64,000 nucleotides of DNA from Myxococcota bacterium (GTDB taxonomy: Bacteria; Myxococcota_A; UBA9160; SZUA-336), in the NCBI GenBank assembly GCA_965247115.1, contig CBDFGR010000003.1:1312001-1376000 (forward strand), given 5' to 3'. How positions within the stretch are numbered: the stretch's first letter is position 1; every line of letters begins with the position of its first letter. The notes under the pieces were generated by a model, which made no database searches, was not told where the DNA came from, and saw only the letters and a list, made by a program, of their open reading frames with translations. This document shows positions 20,210 to 29,682 of this stretch, one piece after another. Made by a program: the position numbers and the translations under genes.

Positions 20210-20812
20210 CTAGATCTCGGGGGCGAATTCTCGAGCTTCGGCATCCTCTACCTCGAAGAGAGGCAAACGAGCCAGGGGGCTGTAACGGGCGCCGTCGGAG
20301 GAGAGACGGCTCTCGTAGAGTACGACCTCTTGGACCCGGAAAGAAATCTCTTCCGGAGTCACCGCGCGCTCGAGCGCGGCTCGCGCGGGCGAGCGGAGGC
20401 GGCCCAGCGTGAGGTGAGCACGAAAGGGCCGCCGCTCCCGCTCCACACCGATGCTCGCGCCCGCCGCGTCGAGCTTTCGGGCGATCCGGGCCATCTCGCG
20501 GCTTCCCTTGCTGACTCCGAGCCAGACGACACGGGCCGTGCGCGCATTCGGGAGCGCGCCGAAGCCGGACAGCTCGACCTCGAAGGGTGAGACTGGCGCG
20601 AGCTTCGCCAGAGCTCGCTCGACCAGCTGCTGCACCTGACGCTCACCTACGTCGCCGAGGAACTTCAGCGTCAAGTGCAGGTTCTCCGCCGTCACCCAGC
20701 GCACCCCCTCTGGGACCGCGCGTCTCAGCTCCTCGGCCGCCTGCGCCGCCCGCACTTGCGCCGCCGAGGGAAGGTCGAGAGCGAAGAAGGCGCGGAGCGT
20801 CTCGCCGCTCAT
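20210..20812 (-). CDS. thpR: RNA 2',3'-cyclic phosphodiesterase (2H family)
   Basis: Two HxT motifs ([14 protein letters not shown]); cinA-thpR-recA synteny. Confidence 0.93.
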   Translation of the reverse strand: MSGETLRAFFALDLPSAAQVRAAQAAEELRRAVPEGVRWVTAENLHLTLKFLGDVGERQVQQLVERALAKLAPVSPFEVELSGFGALPNARTARVVWLGVSKGSREMARIARKLDAAGASIGVERERRPFRAHLTLGRLRSPARAALERAVTPEEISFRVQEVVLYESRLSSDGARYSPLARLPLFEVEDAEAREFAPEI

Positions 20813-22113
20813 CTCGACCCCTTTGCGCCGACGCGCAGGCGCGGGAAGGTCTCATCCGGCGTCGGAAGTCCGACGAGGCGCCGTCGCACCCAGTCGAGTG
20901 CCACCTGGGCGCCGAGCTGCTTGTTGCGGCTGCGCTCCCGGGTCAGCTGATACCGTCGGGAGATCGTCCCCTCGGCGTCGGCGAGAGCGACGTAGATCGT
21001 ACCGACCGGAACGGCATCCGTCGCACCCTCGGGGCCGACGATCCCCGTCGTTGCCAGGCCGATATCTGCGCCGCTGCGGCGCCTCACACCTTCCGCCATG
21101 CCGCGTGCCACTGGGTCGCAGACCGCGCCCTCCTCCCGGATCGCCGCCTCGGAGACGCCGAGGTCCCTGACCTTTGCCTCGTTCGAGTACGCGACCACGG
21201 CTTCGAGCAGGTACTCGGAGCTCCCTGGCACGTCGGTGAGGCGGCTCGAGACGAGGCCGCCAGTGCACGACTCGGCGACCGCAATCGTGAGCCCGCGCTC
21301 GCGCAGCAGCTCACCGAGGATCTCCTCCAGGTGGCGCTCGCCCTCCCCCAGGACCGCGTCGTCGAGGCGCTCACACACCCGCGTGACCAGGGCGCGGAGC
21401 CTGGACTCCGCCTCGGCCTCGTCGGCTCCGCGCACCACGACCCTGACGAGATTGTCCGGGAACTGGGTCCGATAGCCCAGCTGGGCCTCCGGATCGCCGT
21501 GGACGAGATCGTCCAGCATGCGATCGAGATTCGACTCCCCGATCCCGAAGGTCCGCAACAGCGCCGCGCGCACGACGCCGGTTCCGTCGAGGCGACCGCG
21601 CAAGCGCGGCATTACCTGCTCGTCGGTCATGCGGTAGAGCTCGCGAGGGACTCCTGGCATGAAGAACAGCTGAGAGCCGTCGACCTCGAGCATGAAGCCA
21701 GGCGCCGTACCGATCGGATTCTCGAGAATCTCCGCTCCCTCGGGAAAGTCCGCTTGCTTGGCGTTGTTCTCCGACATCTCGCGCCCCGACGCGCTGAAGT
21801 AAGAGCGGATGCGCTCGAGAGCTTGGGGATCGCGCACGAGCTTGCGTCCGAACGCGCGGGCTGCGGTCTCCGTGGTGATGTCGTCGCTCGTCGGGCCCAG
21901 GCCTCCGGAAACGAGCACCACGCGTGCGCGGGCGGCAGCTTCGCGCAGCACCTCGATGATCGGCTCAGAATCGTCCGACACGGTCACGTGCCGGGTCGAC
22001 TCGACCTCGAGCTGCAGCATCCGCTCGGAGAGGAATGACTTGTTGGAGTCGACGATCTCGCCGCGCAGCAGCTCGTTCCCGATCGTGACCACCCAGGCCC
22101 CGCGCCTGCTCAC
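20809..22113 (-). CDS. cinA: CinA (molybdopterin-binding-like domain + NMN deamidase PncC)
   Basis: IGNELLRGEIVDSN, GGLGPTSDDIT, GTAPG, PGVPRE, AESCTGG and YSNEAK motifs; GTG overlaps the pgpA stop. Confidence 0.95.
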   Translation of the reverse strand: MSRRGAWVVTIGNELLRGEIVDSNKSFLSERMLQLEVESTRHVTVSDDSEPIIEVLREAAARARVVLVSGGLGPTSDDITTETAARAFGRKLVRDPQALERIRSYFSASGREMSENNAKQADFPEGAEILENPIGTAPGFMLEVDGSQLFFMPGVPRELYRMTDEQVMPRLRGRLDGTGVVRAALLRTFGIGESNLDRMLDDLVHGDPEAQLGYRTQFPDNLVRVVVRGADEAEAESRLRALVTRVCERLDDAVLGEGERHLEEILGELLRERGLTIAVAESCTGGLVSSRLTDVPGSSEYLLEAVVAYSNEAKVRDLGVSEAAIREEGAVCDPVARGMAEGVRRRSGADIGLATTGIVGPEGATDAVPVGTIYVALADAEGTISRRYQLTRERSRNKQLGAQVALDWVRRRLVGLPTPDETFPRLRVGAKGSR

Positions 22114-22573
22114 AAGAGCCCCGCCGGCAATGCGACCCGCCACAGCAGCTGGCCCGCCAGGTTGGCGTACACGCCGGCCACCAGGTCGTCCACGACGACA
22201 CCCATGCCGCCGGGCAGCCGCTCCGCTCTGCGGGCCGGCGGGGGCTTCCAGATGTCGAAGAGCCGAAACAGCACGAACCCCGCCAGGGCCACGTCCAGCC
22301 GCGCCGGAAGAAAGGCCAGGCTCGTGAGCATGCCAGCGACCTCGTCGATCACGATCCGCCCGTCGTCGTGTTTCCCCAGAAGCCGCTCCGCGCGGCCCGC
22401 GATCCAGACAGCCGCGGCCGAGACGCCACCCAGAGCCACCGCATAGAGGCCGGTCGAGAGCGGTGTCAGCACGGCGTACAACCCAGCCCGATGACGGATC
22501 CCGCGGTGCCCGGAGCCACCGGCGAATAGCCGACCCCAGCGCCCGTCGCCGCGAAGAGAATCAATTTTCTCAT
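22110..22573 (-). pseudogene. pgpA: Phosphatidylglycerophosphatase A with a 1-nt frameshift near 22482 (pseudogene or sequencing error)
   Basis: ATG at 22573 gives MRKLILFAATGAGVGYSPVAPGTAGSVIGLG then stops; another frame continues LYAVL..DDGRIVIDEVAG..FRLFDIWKP..DDLVAG. Confidence 0.85.
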
Positions 22574-22604
22574 TGAATATCAGGGACTTCCGCCGCCAAC
22601 AGGG

Positions 22605-22634
22605 ATCGTAGTTCCGTGCCCGGGACCGTGTCAA
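22605..22634 (-). promoter_or_regulatory. sigma70-type promoter for pgpA-cinA-thpR-recA
   Basis: TTGACA-N18-TACGAT on the minus strand, ~30 nt before the pgpA ATG. Confidence 0.65.
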
Positions 22635-22765
22635 GAAGAGCGAAAATATAGCGAAACATCGAGTCCCCGACACCCCGAAGATCACCCGCAACCAGGGGGC
22701 TCAAGCAGAGGTGTCTCCTGGTCGATTCGCTCCGGGGGACAGACCACGCAGGGGAGACGTGTCTC

Positions 22766-24535
22766 ATGAGGGAGGGAGCACCGGGCAGGGCAGCGGCGGT
22801 TCCGCTGCTGCTCGAGATCGCGCGTGCCCGACGGGCCCGCGAGTTCTACGCGCCGGGCCACCCGACCCTCTCCGAGGCCCTCAAGCGGCTCGCCCGCGTC
22901 TGGCGGATGGCGCTCTCCGAGGTGGACGAGCTCGAGCTACAGCTCGAGCGCGGCTGCTTCCAGCTGATGGGAGTGTCCGAGCTGCGCGGCCCCGGCATCG
23001 ATGAGCTGGCTGCCGAGCTCGAGACGCGAGGCATCCGACGGCTGCGGATCGGGTCCAGCGTCGAGCCCGCCGAGATGGACGCGCTGATCGATGCGCTCGT
23101 TCACGACTTCTCGGGAGCCGACGAGCTCGAGCAGCTCCTGGCTCGCTCCGACGTCCAGAACATCACGACGACGGATCTCGTGTTCGGCGAGCTACCGCAA
23201 CGCGGCAAGCGCACTCTGCACTTCGAGCGGGAGGAAGGAGAGACGCGACTCCTCCCGGTGGTCTCGCGGGAGCCCGACAGCACTGCGGAGGACGGAACAC
23301 CGACGGCGGTGGACTGTCTGGGTGGCGAGGCGCCCACACCAGTCGTCATGCAGTCGGATGATCGAAAGACCGACCAGGACGACCGGAAGACCGGAGAAGA
23401 CGCTCCGAAGACCGGAGAAGACGCTCCGAAGATCGGAGAAGACGCTCCGAAGATCGGAGAAGACGCTCCGAAGATCGGAGAAGACGCTCCGAAGACCGGA
23501 GAAGGGACTTCGAAGCTCTTGAGCCAGCTTGCCGAGCTGGAAGGCTGCGATGCGCTCGAGCCGTACCGCGAGCTCGCCGACCGGATCCGTGACTTCTCTG
23601 AAGCGCTGCTCGAGGCGCGGAGCTTCTTCGACGCCTATCGCGCCGCCCTGGTGTTCACCCGACACTCGAGCGATCGGCGCGGACACCCGGAGGAGATCTG
23701 CGCGGAGGCAAGGCTCCGCCTGCAGAGCCTGCTGGAGTCTGACGACTTCCTCGGCTTCGTGATCGAGCTCGCCTCGAGCGGGGAGGGCCTCACGTGCGTG
23801 CAGGCGACACAGGTCCTCCTGGCCTGCGGCGAGGCCGTCGTGCCGCGACTGCTCGACGCGCACTTCACGGCGGACGACGAGACGAGCAAGCGCACAGCCT
23901 CGATCCTGATCGCGATGGGTGACGCCGCGCTGCAGGTGATCGTGGCGGAGCTCGACTCGCCCACGCTCGAGCGGGCAAGGCGCGCGGCTCAGCTGCTCGG
24001 CGACCTGCAGCACCCGCGCGCGGTCGAGTCACTCAGCGCCGCGCTCCAGAACGCCGAGAATCCGAGCATCCGACCCAAGGTCGCGCGCGCGCTCGTTCAC
24101 ATCGGGAGCGAGGAAGCGATCGATACGTTGATCGAGGCGCTTCAAGACGACACGGAGCGTGCGGAGCTCGCAGCCCGCTGCCTGGGAGAGTCGCCCGAGC
24201 CGCGGGCCTGCGCCGCCCTGATCGAAGCAATGGAGGAGAGCAGCGGCCGCCAGGAATCTGTGCGCCGCGAGGCGATTCGCAGCCTCGGCAAGCTGGGTGG
24301 AGACGAGGCTCTCGCCGCTCTGCGCTCGCTCCTCGAGCAGGGCTCCCTCCTGCACCGAAGGCGCATACGTCCGCTGCGCATCGCAGCGGCGCAGGCCATT
24401 GCGCGCATCGGCAACAGCTCGGCCCGAGAAGCCCTCGAGAGAAACTCGCGCCACGGCGATACTGCGGTGCGAAAAGCCTGCGGTACCGCGCTCGAGCGTC
24501 TCGGCCCGGCGAGCGACTCCAGCAGCCCCGGCTGA
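22766..24535 (+). CDS. HEAT-repeat protein with an N-terminal FYAPGHP-type domain
   Basis: C-terminal AAQLLGDL..RAVESL, VARALVHIG, AIRSLGKLG and AAAQAIARIG repeats. Confidence 0.8.
   Translation: MREGAPGRAAAVPLLLEIARARRAREFYAPGHPTLSEALKRLARVWRMALSEVDELELQLERGCFQLMGVSELRGPGIDELAAELETRGIRRLRIGSSVEPAEMDALIDALVHDFSGADELEQLLARSDVQNITTTDLVFGELPQRGKRTLHFEREEGETRLLPVVSREPDSTAEDGTPTAVDCLGGEAPTPVVMQSDDRKTDQDDRKTGEDAPKTGEDAPKIGEDAPKIGEDAPKIGEDAPKTGEGTSKLLSQLAELEGCDALEPYRELADRIRDFSEALLEARSFFDAYRAALVFTRHSSDRRGHPEEICAEARLRLQSLLESDDFLGFVIELASSGEGLTCVQATQVLLACGEAVVPRLLDAHFTADDETSKRTASILIAMGDAALQVIVAELDSPTLERARRAAQLLGDLQHPRAVESLSAALQNAENPSIRPKVARALVHIGSEEAIDTLIEALQDDTERAELAARCLGESPEPRACAALIEAMEESSGRQESVRREAIRSLGKLGGDEALAALRSLLEQGSLLHRRRIRPLRIAAAQAIARIGNSSAREALERNSRHGDTAVRKACGTALERLGPASDSSSPG
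23386..23504 (+). repeat. 21-bp tandem repeat (about 5.5 copies) encoding K(T/I)GEDAP
   Basis: GAAGA(C/T)CGGAGAAGACGCTCC repeated. Confidence 0.93.
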
Positions 24536-24566
24536 CCCGTCCGCTACTGACTGCTAGGGTCTCCGG

Positions 24567-24986
24567 GTGCGTTCCATGGCCCTGGACTTTGGCGAGCGGC
24601 GGATTGGAGTCGCGATCAGCGATCCGTCCGGAACCCTGGCTCAGCCGCTCGAGACCCTGTCCCGACGCGGGAGCTCCGACGCGGCACTCAAGCGAATCGC
24701 CCATCTGGTCGCCGAGTATGAGGTGGAGTGGATCGTCGTCGGCCTCCCTCTCCTGCTCGATGGAACGAGCGGCTCGCAGGCGGAGCGTGCACGCCGCTTT
24801 GGCAGCGAAGTGGCGCACCGGACCGGTGTGTCTGTCGAGTACCTCGATGAGCGCCTGACGAGCGCCGAGGCGCGCCGCGCGCTCAGCGCAGCCGGCGTCC
24901 CTGCACGCAAACAGAAGGGGCGCGTGGATCCGGTCGCGGCGGCGCTCCTGCTCTCCACATTCCTGGAGCGCAAGTCCGCGCCATGA
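24567..24986 (+). CDS. ruvX: YqgF/RuvX pre-16S rRNA nuclease
   Basis: ALDFGERRIGVAISD, VVGLP, DERLTS and VDPVAAALLL motifs. Confidence 0.95.
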   Translation: MRSMALDFGERRIGVAISDPSGTLAQPLETLSRRGSSDAALKRIAHLVAEYEVEWIVVGLPLLLDGTSGSQAERARRFGSEVAHRTGVSVEYLDERLTSAEARRALSAAGVPARKQKGRVDPVAAALLLSTFLERKSAP

Positions 24987-25984
24987 AGCGCTGGTTGCTG
25001 ATCGGTCTCGCCGCCGCCCTCGCGGGCGCCAGCTCGATGGGCTGGGTCGCATCGAGGCTCTGGGTCCCCGCCGACCCCGGAGGCAATGACAGCGTGTTCC
25101 GGATCGGCTCGGGAGACACGCTGCGCGTGGTCGCCGAGCGCCTCCACGGCTCGGAGCTGATCCGCCTCGAGCCCTGGATCCTGGTGACCTGGGGCCAGCT
25201 CACGGGAGCGGAGCGCTCGATCAAGAGCGGCGAGTACGATCTGACCCCGCGCATGACGCCAGCGCAGATCCTTGCAAAGCTCGTGTCCGGGAACGTCAAG
25301 ACCCATCCCGTCACACTGCCCGAGGGCATCCGCCTGGACGAGGTCGCGGAGCGCCTCGAGCGCGCGCAGATCGTCGACGCGGGGGAGTTCCTCGAATACG
25401 CACGTCAAGCAGAGCTCGCACGCTCGCTCGGCATAGAAGGGGAGAGCTTCGAGGGCTACATCTACCCCGAGACCTACCGCTTCCGCCGGCCCACGCCGCC
25501 GGGAGAAATCCTGGAACGCACCGTGACCGAGTTCCTCAGCCGAGTGACGGACGAGGACCGCGCGCAGATCGAGGATTCCGGTCGCTCGCTACACGAGATC
25601 GTGACGCTCGCTTCGATCGTGGAGAAGGAGACCGCAGTCGAGTCCGAGCGTGCGCTGATCGCAGCGGTGTTCTGGAACCGGCTCCGCAAGCGCATGCGCC
25701 TCCAGTCCGATCCCACCGTGATCTACGGGCTGATCGAGACCCAAGGCCACTTCGACGGGGACATCCGCTACCGGGACCTGCGCGCGGACAACCCCTACAA
25801 CACCTACACGCGGGGCGGCCTACCCCCAGGCCCGATCGCCAACACCACCATCGAGTCCGTCCGTTCCGTCCTCGACCCCGCCGACGTCTCCTACCTCTAC
25901 TTCGTCTCCCGCAACGACGGCACCCACGAATTCTCGACGACGCTCACCCAACACACCAAAGCGGTGGAGCGGTACCAGCGTTAA
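24983..25984 (+). CDS. mltG: Endolytic transglycosylase MltG
   Basis: EGYIYPETY, LASIVEKET, LQSDPTV, YNTY..GLPPGPI and YLYFVS motifs. Confidence 0.96.
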   Translation: MKRWLLIGLAAALAGASSMGWVASRLWVPADPGGNDSVFRIGSGDTLRVVAERLHGSELIRLEPWILVTWGQLTGAERSIKSGEYDLTPRMTPAQILAKLVSGNVKTHPVTLPEGIRLDEVAERLERAQIVDAGEFLEYARQAELARSLGIEGESFEGYIYPETYRFRRPTPPGEILERTVTEFLSRVTDEDRAQIEDSGRSLHEIVTLASIVEKETAVESERALIAAVFWNRLRKRMRLQSDPTVIYGLIETQGHFDGDIRYRDLRADNPYNTYTRGGLPPGPIANTTIESVRSVLDPADVSYLYFVSRNDGTHEFSTTLTQHTKAVERYQR

Positions 25985-25985
25985 C

Positions 25986-26630
25986 CTACGACGGTATGGC
26001 GAGCTGCTGGAACGCTGCGCCCGGCGGTCCTTCCGCCAGGCGCTGCCGGATCTCTCCGGCGCAGCCCTCCGGACTCCGCAGGGACGTATCCACCTCCAGA
26101 TCATAGACCCCGGGCTTGTGAACCTCCTCCTGCCAGAGGAGAACGGGTGGGGGAAACGGTTCGTCGGGCGAACCAACCACATACCTTCCGGGCGGGCTTT
26201 CGTTGCGACGCTTCATGATCACCTCGATCGGGCAGCGTACGCCGACGAACAGGACGGGCAGTCCCGTGAGCCGTCGCGCACAATCACTCAACAGGCCAGG
26301 GTGGATGGCGCCGTGGTGACCGCCCTCCGTAACGACGTTGAGACCCAACCTACTGTGCGCCACGATCGACTCGTACAGTGCTGCGTAGAACGTTGGCACG
26401 AGCCGCTCCAGCTCCGGATTGTCGCCGCCGAAACCTGGTCCCGGGCCGGGCCGGAGACCGATCCCGGGCTGATATCGCACCGGTGTGACGCCTCTCGCGA
26501 ACACGTCCACGCCCAGGTTCATCCAGACGCCCTCGAACGTATCTTGGATGACCCTGACGATGCTGGACTTCCCGGCTCGAGGTGCGCCGTTCAGGATCAC
26601 GATCTGGCCCGGTGCGGCCTGCTCTTCCAT
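25986..26630 (-). CDS. Chloramphenicol phosphotransferase-like P-loop kinase
   Basis: ILNGAPRAGKSS, LGVD, FVGVRCP and YDLEVDTS motifs. Confidence 0.85.
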   Translation of the reverse strand: MEEQAAPGQIVILNGAPRAGKSSIVRVIQDTFEGVWMNLGVDVFARGVTPVRYQPGIGLRPGPGPGFGGDNPELERLVPTFYAALYESIVAHSRLGLNVVTEGGHHGAIHPGLLSDCARRLTGLPVLFVGVRCPIEVIMKRRNESPPGRYVVGSPDEPFPPPVLLWQEEVHKPGVYDLEVDTSLRSPEGCAGEIRQRLAEGPPGAAFQQLAIPS

Positions 26631-26668
26631 GGATAATGCCTGCCCGGGCAAAGATCGTACTGCAAGGA

Positions 26669-26779
26669 GTCGGAGGTCGGGAACATCGCCCGCCGGATCG
26701 TGTAGCGCTGTCCGAGGCGTACTAGACGCGGGTCCAGTTGAGTAGCGAGATCAGGCGGGGGATGTTCCCGACCTCCGAC
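26669..26779 (+). repeat. Hairpin repeat family B, copy 1 (MITE/REPIN-like)
   Basis: GTCGGAGGTCGGGAACATCGCCCGCC...GGCGGGGGATGTTCCCGACCTCCGAC inverted arms; related to 39765 and 40012. Confidence 0.85.
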
Positions 26780-26803
26780 GGCGTGAGTTGTGTAGGCCGA
26801 TAC

Positions 26804-27835
26804 CTATGTAGGCATTGCGACTTCGCGGAGGAGGCCCAGCGAGTCGAGAACGTTGCCGGCGCCGTTGGCGACGGCGGTGAAGGGGTCGTCGCCGCGGACG
26901 ATCGGGAGTTTGGTCTCGTTGCGGAGCAGCTGGTCGAAGTCGCGCAGGAGCGCGCAGCCGCCGACCAGGACGATGCCACGATCGACGATGTCGGCAGCTA
27001 GCTCCGGAGGTGTGCGCTCCAGGGTCTGCAGCACCGTGTCGACGATCTGGTGGATCGGCTCGGAGAGGGCTTCGCGGACCTCGTCGCTGGAGATCACGAT
27101 CATCTTCGGGATGCCGCCGACCAGATCGCGACCCTTGATCTCCATCGTCTTCACGGGACCATCGCCCGTGGCCGTTCCGATCGTGATCTTGATGATCTCC
27201 GCGCTGCGTTCGCCCACGAGCAAGTTGTGCTTGCGTTTCACGTACTGGATGATCGCCTCGTCGAGCTTGTCGCCCCCGACCCGAACGGAGCTCGAAGTCA
27301 CGATGCCGGCCAGGGAGATGACTGCAACGTCGGTCGTTCCCCCGCCCACGTCGATCACCATATTGCCCGTGGGTTGAACTACGTCCAGGCCCGCTCCGAT
27401 CGCGGCCGCCATCGGCTCTTCGATCAGGTAGACCTCGCGCGCGCCGGCCGAGGTGGCGGACTCGCGGACGGCTCTCTTCTCGACGGACGTGATACAGGGG
27501 GGCACGCAGATGACGATGCGGGGCCGCACGAGGCGGCGGCGGTTGTGCGCCTTCTGGATGAAGTAGCGCAGCATCGCCTCGGTAACCTCGAAGTCGGCAA
27601 TGACGCCATCCTTGATCGGACGAATGGCGGTGATGCTCCCAGGAGTGCGGCCGACCATCTCCTTGGCCTCGCTGCCGACCGCGAGCACTTTGCGCGAAAC
27701 TCCGTTCGCGATCGCCACGACTGATGGCTCGCTGCAGATGATCCCGCGTCCCCGTGCGTACACCAGAGTGTTTGCGGTGCCGAGATCGATGGCCAGGTCG
27801 TTGGATAGCAGTCCGGCGAGCCAGCTAAAGACCAT
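26804..27835 (-). CDS. mreB: Rod shape-determining actin MreB
   Basis: IDLGTANTLV, EPSVVA, IEEPMAAAIGAG, DVGGGTTD and TPPELAADI motifs. Confidence 0.97.
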   Translation of the reverse strand: MVFSWLAGLLSNDLAIDLGTANTLVYARGRGIICSEPSVVAIANGVSRKVLAVGSEAKEMVGRTPGSITAIRPIKDGVIADFEVTEAMLRYFIQKAHNRRRLVRPRIVICVPPCITSVEKRAVRESATSAGAREVYLIEEPMAAAIGAGLDVVQPTGNMVIDVGGGTTDVAVISLAGIVTSSSVRVGGDKLDEAIIQYVKRKHNLLVGERSAEIIKITIGTATGDGPVKTMEIKGRDLVGGIPKMIVISSDEVREALSEPIHQIVDTVLQTLERTPPELAADIVDRGIVLVGGCALLRDFDQLLRNETKLPIVRGDDPFTAVANGAGNVLDSLGLLREVAMPT

Positions 27836-27918
27836 ATTTTCGCTCCGGATTCAAAGAGAAGGGACCCCCAATTGCATCGGCAACACAGCCTGGAACTGGA
27901 GCAACTCGGCAGCAGGTT

Positions 27919-28263
27919 CTAGCGGCCGCTCTCGATGGGCCGGCTCAAGAGGTCCAGGACGGCCTCCACGCCCACCCGTGCCTCGCCCACGCGCTTCTCG
28001 TGGGCGGTAATCGTGGCGCGCTGGTTCGCGATCGTCGCCTCGCGATCAACGACCGCCTGCTTGAGCGCTCGCGCCTCAGTCTCGAGCACGTCAATGCGGT
28101 TGCCGAGCTGCAAGCGACTCCACACGAGCAGCGCGAGCGCGACGCTGAGGGCCAGGGCGAGCAACACCGTCATGCGCGACAGCCTGGGCTCAGGGCCTCG
28201 CTCGGAGCGCTCCGCGTCAGCTGGCGGCGGAACAGTGCGGAGCCGCGGCTCAGGCTCGGACAC
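27919..28263 (-). CDS. Small single-TM coiled-coil hypothetical protein
   Basis: Hydrophobic VLLALALSVALALLVW followed by a heptad-like helix; starts 5 nt after the pafA stop. Confidence 0.65.
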   Translation of the reverse strand: MSEPEPRLRTVPPPADAERSERGPEPRLSRMTVLLALALSVALALLVWSRLQLGNRIDVLETEARALKQAVVDREATIANQRATITAHEKRVGEARVGVEAVLDLLSRPIESGR

Positions 28264-28268
28264 GGAGC

Positions 28269-29675
28269 TCAGCTCTGGATGACCAGCTTCGAGAGCGAGG
28301 TCCGGCGCAGGTTCGTCTTCTGGATCGTGCGCACGAGCTCGGTCACCTTCTCGGTGTCGGTCTCGAACGGATTGTTGCAGATGACGCGAACGTTCAAGAG
28401 GTTGCCAAGGCGGATGTTCGACCAGTCGAGGTCGTACTGGATGTTGTTCTGCCGTGCCAGCTTGATGAAGTCGCCGCGCATGCGCGCGCGCGTGTCCTGC
28501 GGAGGCTCAGTCTTGGCCTTCTCGATCTCCGAGTCCGAGAACATCCGATCGACGATACCTTTCCGCTCCAGCAAGTAGAAGAAGCCACGGTCCTGGCGGA
28601 TGTCGTGGTACTGCAGGTCCAGCATGAAGACGCGCGGGTCGTGCCAGGAGATCTCGTGGCGATCCACGTACTGGCGCAGCAGCTTGCGCTTGATCACCCA
28701 GTCGATCTTCCGGTCGAGCTCGTCGGGATCGCGCTCCAGGCTCGTGAGCACGGAATCCCACTCCACGACTCCCTCCTGTAGCTGATCGCTCACGGGGTAC
28801 TGCTCGATGTGCCGCTTTGCCATCTCGCAGTACTCGCGCTGGATCTCGATCGGCGAGTACTCCCGCCCGTTCTCGAGGCGCAGCTTCTTGCGGCACGTCG
28901 TGTCGTAGGAGATGTCCTTGATCGCCTTGACCGGGTGCCGGAGCGTGAAGTCCTTGGTAATGAAGCCGTCCTCGATCATCTGCAGGACGATCGCGCAGGT
29001 CGAGAGCTTCAGGAAGTTTGTGTACTCGGACATGTTCGAGTCGCCAACGATCACGTGCAGGCGTCGATACTTCTCGCGGTCCGCGTGCGGCTCGTCGCGG
29101 GTGTTGATGATCGAGCGGTCGTTCGTGGTGGTACCCGAGATCTTCTGATAGATGTGCTGTGCGCGCTGGCTGATGCAGTAGTGCACGCCGTCCTGCGTCT
29201 GAAACACCTTGCCGGCGCCGGAGAAGATCTGGCGCGTGACCAGGAACGGGATCAGCTGCTCGGCCAGGTAGTAGAAGTCCACGTCCCGATCGACCAGGTA
29301 GTTCTCGTGGCAGCCGTAGCTGTTTCCCACGAAGTCCGTGTTGTTCTTGAAGATCGAGAGCTTGCCGGGGACTCGCTCCTCGCGGATCTTCTCCTCGGCG
29401 TAGAGCTGCAGGTCCTCCAGGATGCGCTCGCCAGCGCGGTCGAAGATCACCAGGTCCTTCGGGCTCGCGCACTCCGGCGAGGCGTACTCGGGATGGCAGC
29501 CGGTGTCCTGGTAGAAGCGGGCACCGTTCTCGAGGAAGACGTTGAGGAAGTGCTCCGTCGTGATGAGCTTCTCGAACAGGAACCGGATCGCCTTCTCCAC
29601 CGGGAGCGTCTTACGCCCCTCGGGCGTGAAGATGATCCCGTACTCGGTCTCCAGTCCGTAGATTCTCTTCTGCAC
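28269..29675 (-). CDS. pafA: Pup-protein ligase
   Basis: (M)QKRIYGLETEYG, FLENGARFY, HPEYASPEC, KNNTDFVGNSYGCHENY, SQRA, INTRDEPHAD and RRLHVIVGDSN motifs; lacks the Dop loop. Confidence 0.93.
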   Translation of the reverse strand: MQKRIYGLETEYGIIFTPEGRKTLPVEKAIRFLFEKLITTEHFLNVFLENGARFYQDTGCHPEYASPECASPKDLVIFDRAGERILEDLQLYAEEKIREERVPGKLSIFKNNTDFVGNSYGCHENYLVDRDVDFYYLAEQLIPFLVTRQIFSGAGKVFQTQDGVHYCISQRAQHIYQKISGTTTNDRSIINTRDEPHADREKYRRLHVIVGDSNMSEYTNFLKLSTCAIVLQMIEDGFITKDFTLRHPVKAIKDISYDTTCRKKLRLENGREYSPIEIQREYCEMAKRHIEQYPVSDQLQEGVVEWDSVLTSLERDPDELDRKIDWVIKRKLLRQYVDRHEISWHDPRVFMLDLQYHDIRQDRGFFYLLERKGIVDRMFSDSEIEKAKTEPPQDTRARMRGDFIKLARQNNIQYDLDWSNIRLGNLLNVRVICNNPFETDTEKVTELVRTIQKTNLRRTSLSKLVIQS

Positions 29676-29682
29676 CGCTACC

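Noticed and set aside
25986..26630. Bona fide antibiotic resistance genes (CPT-like here, AmpC-like at 1326, TetA-like at 46489)
   Set aside because: Only family-level similarity, no mobile context, and substrates cannot be inferred from sequence.
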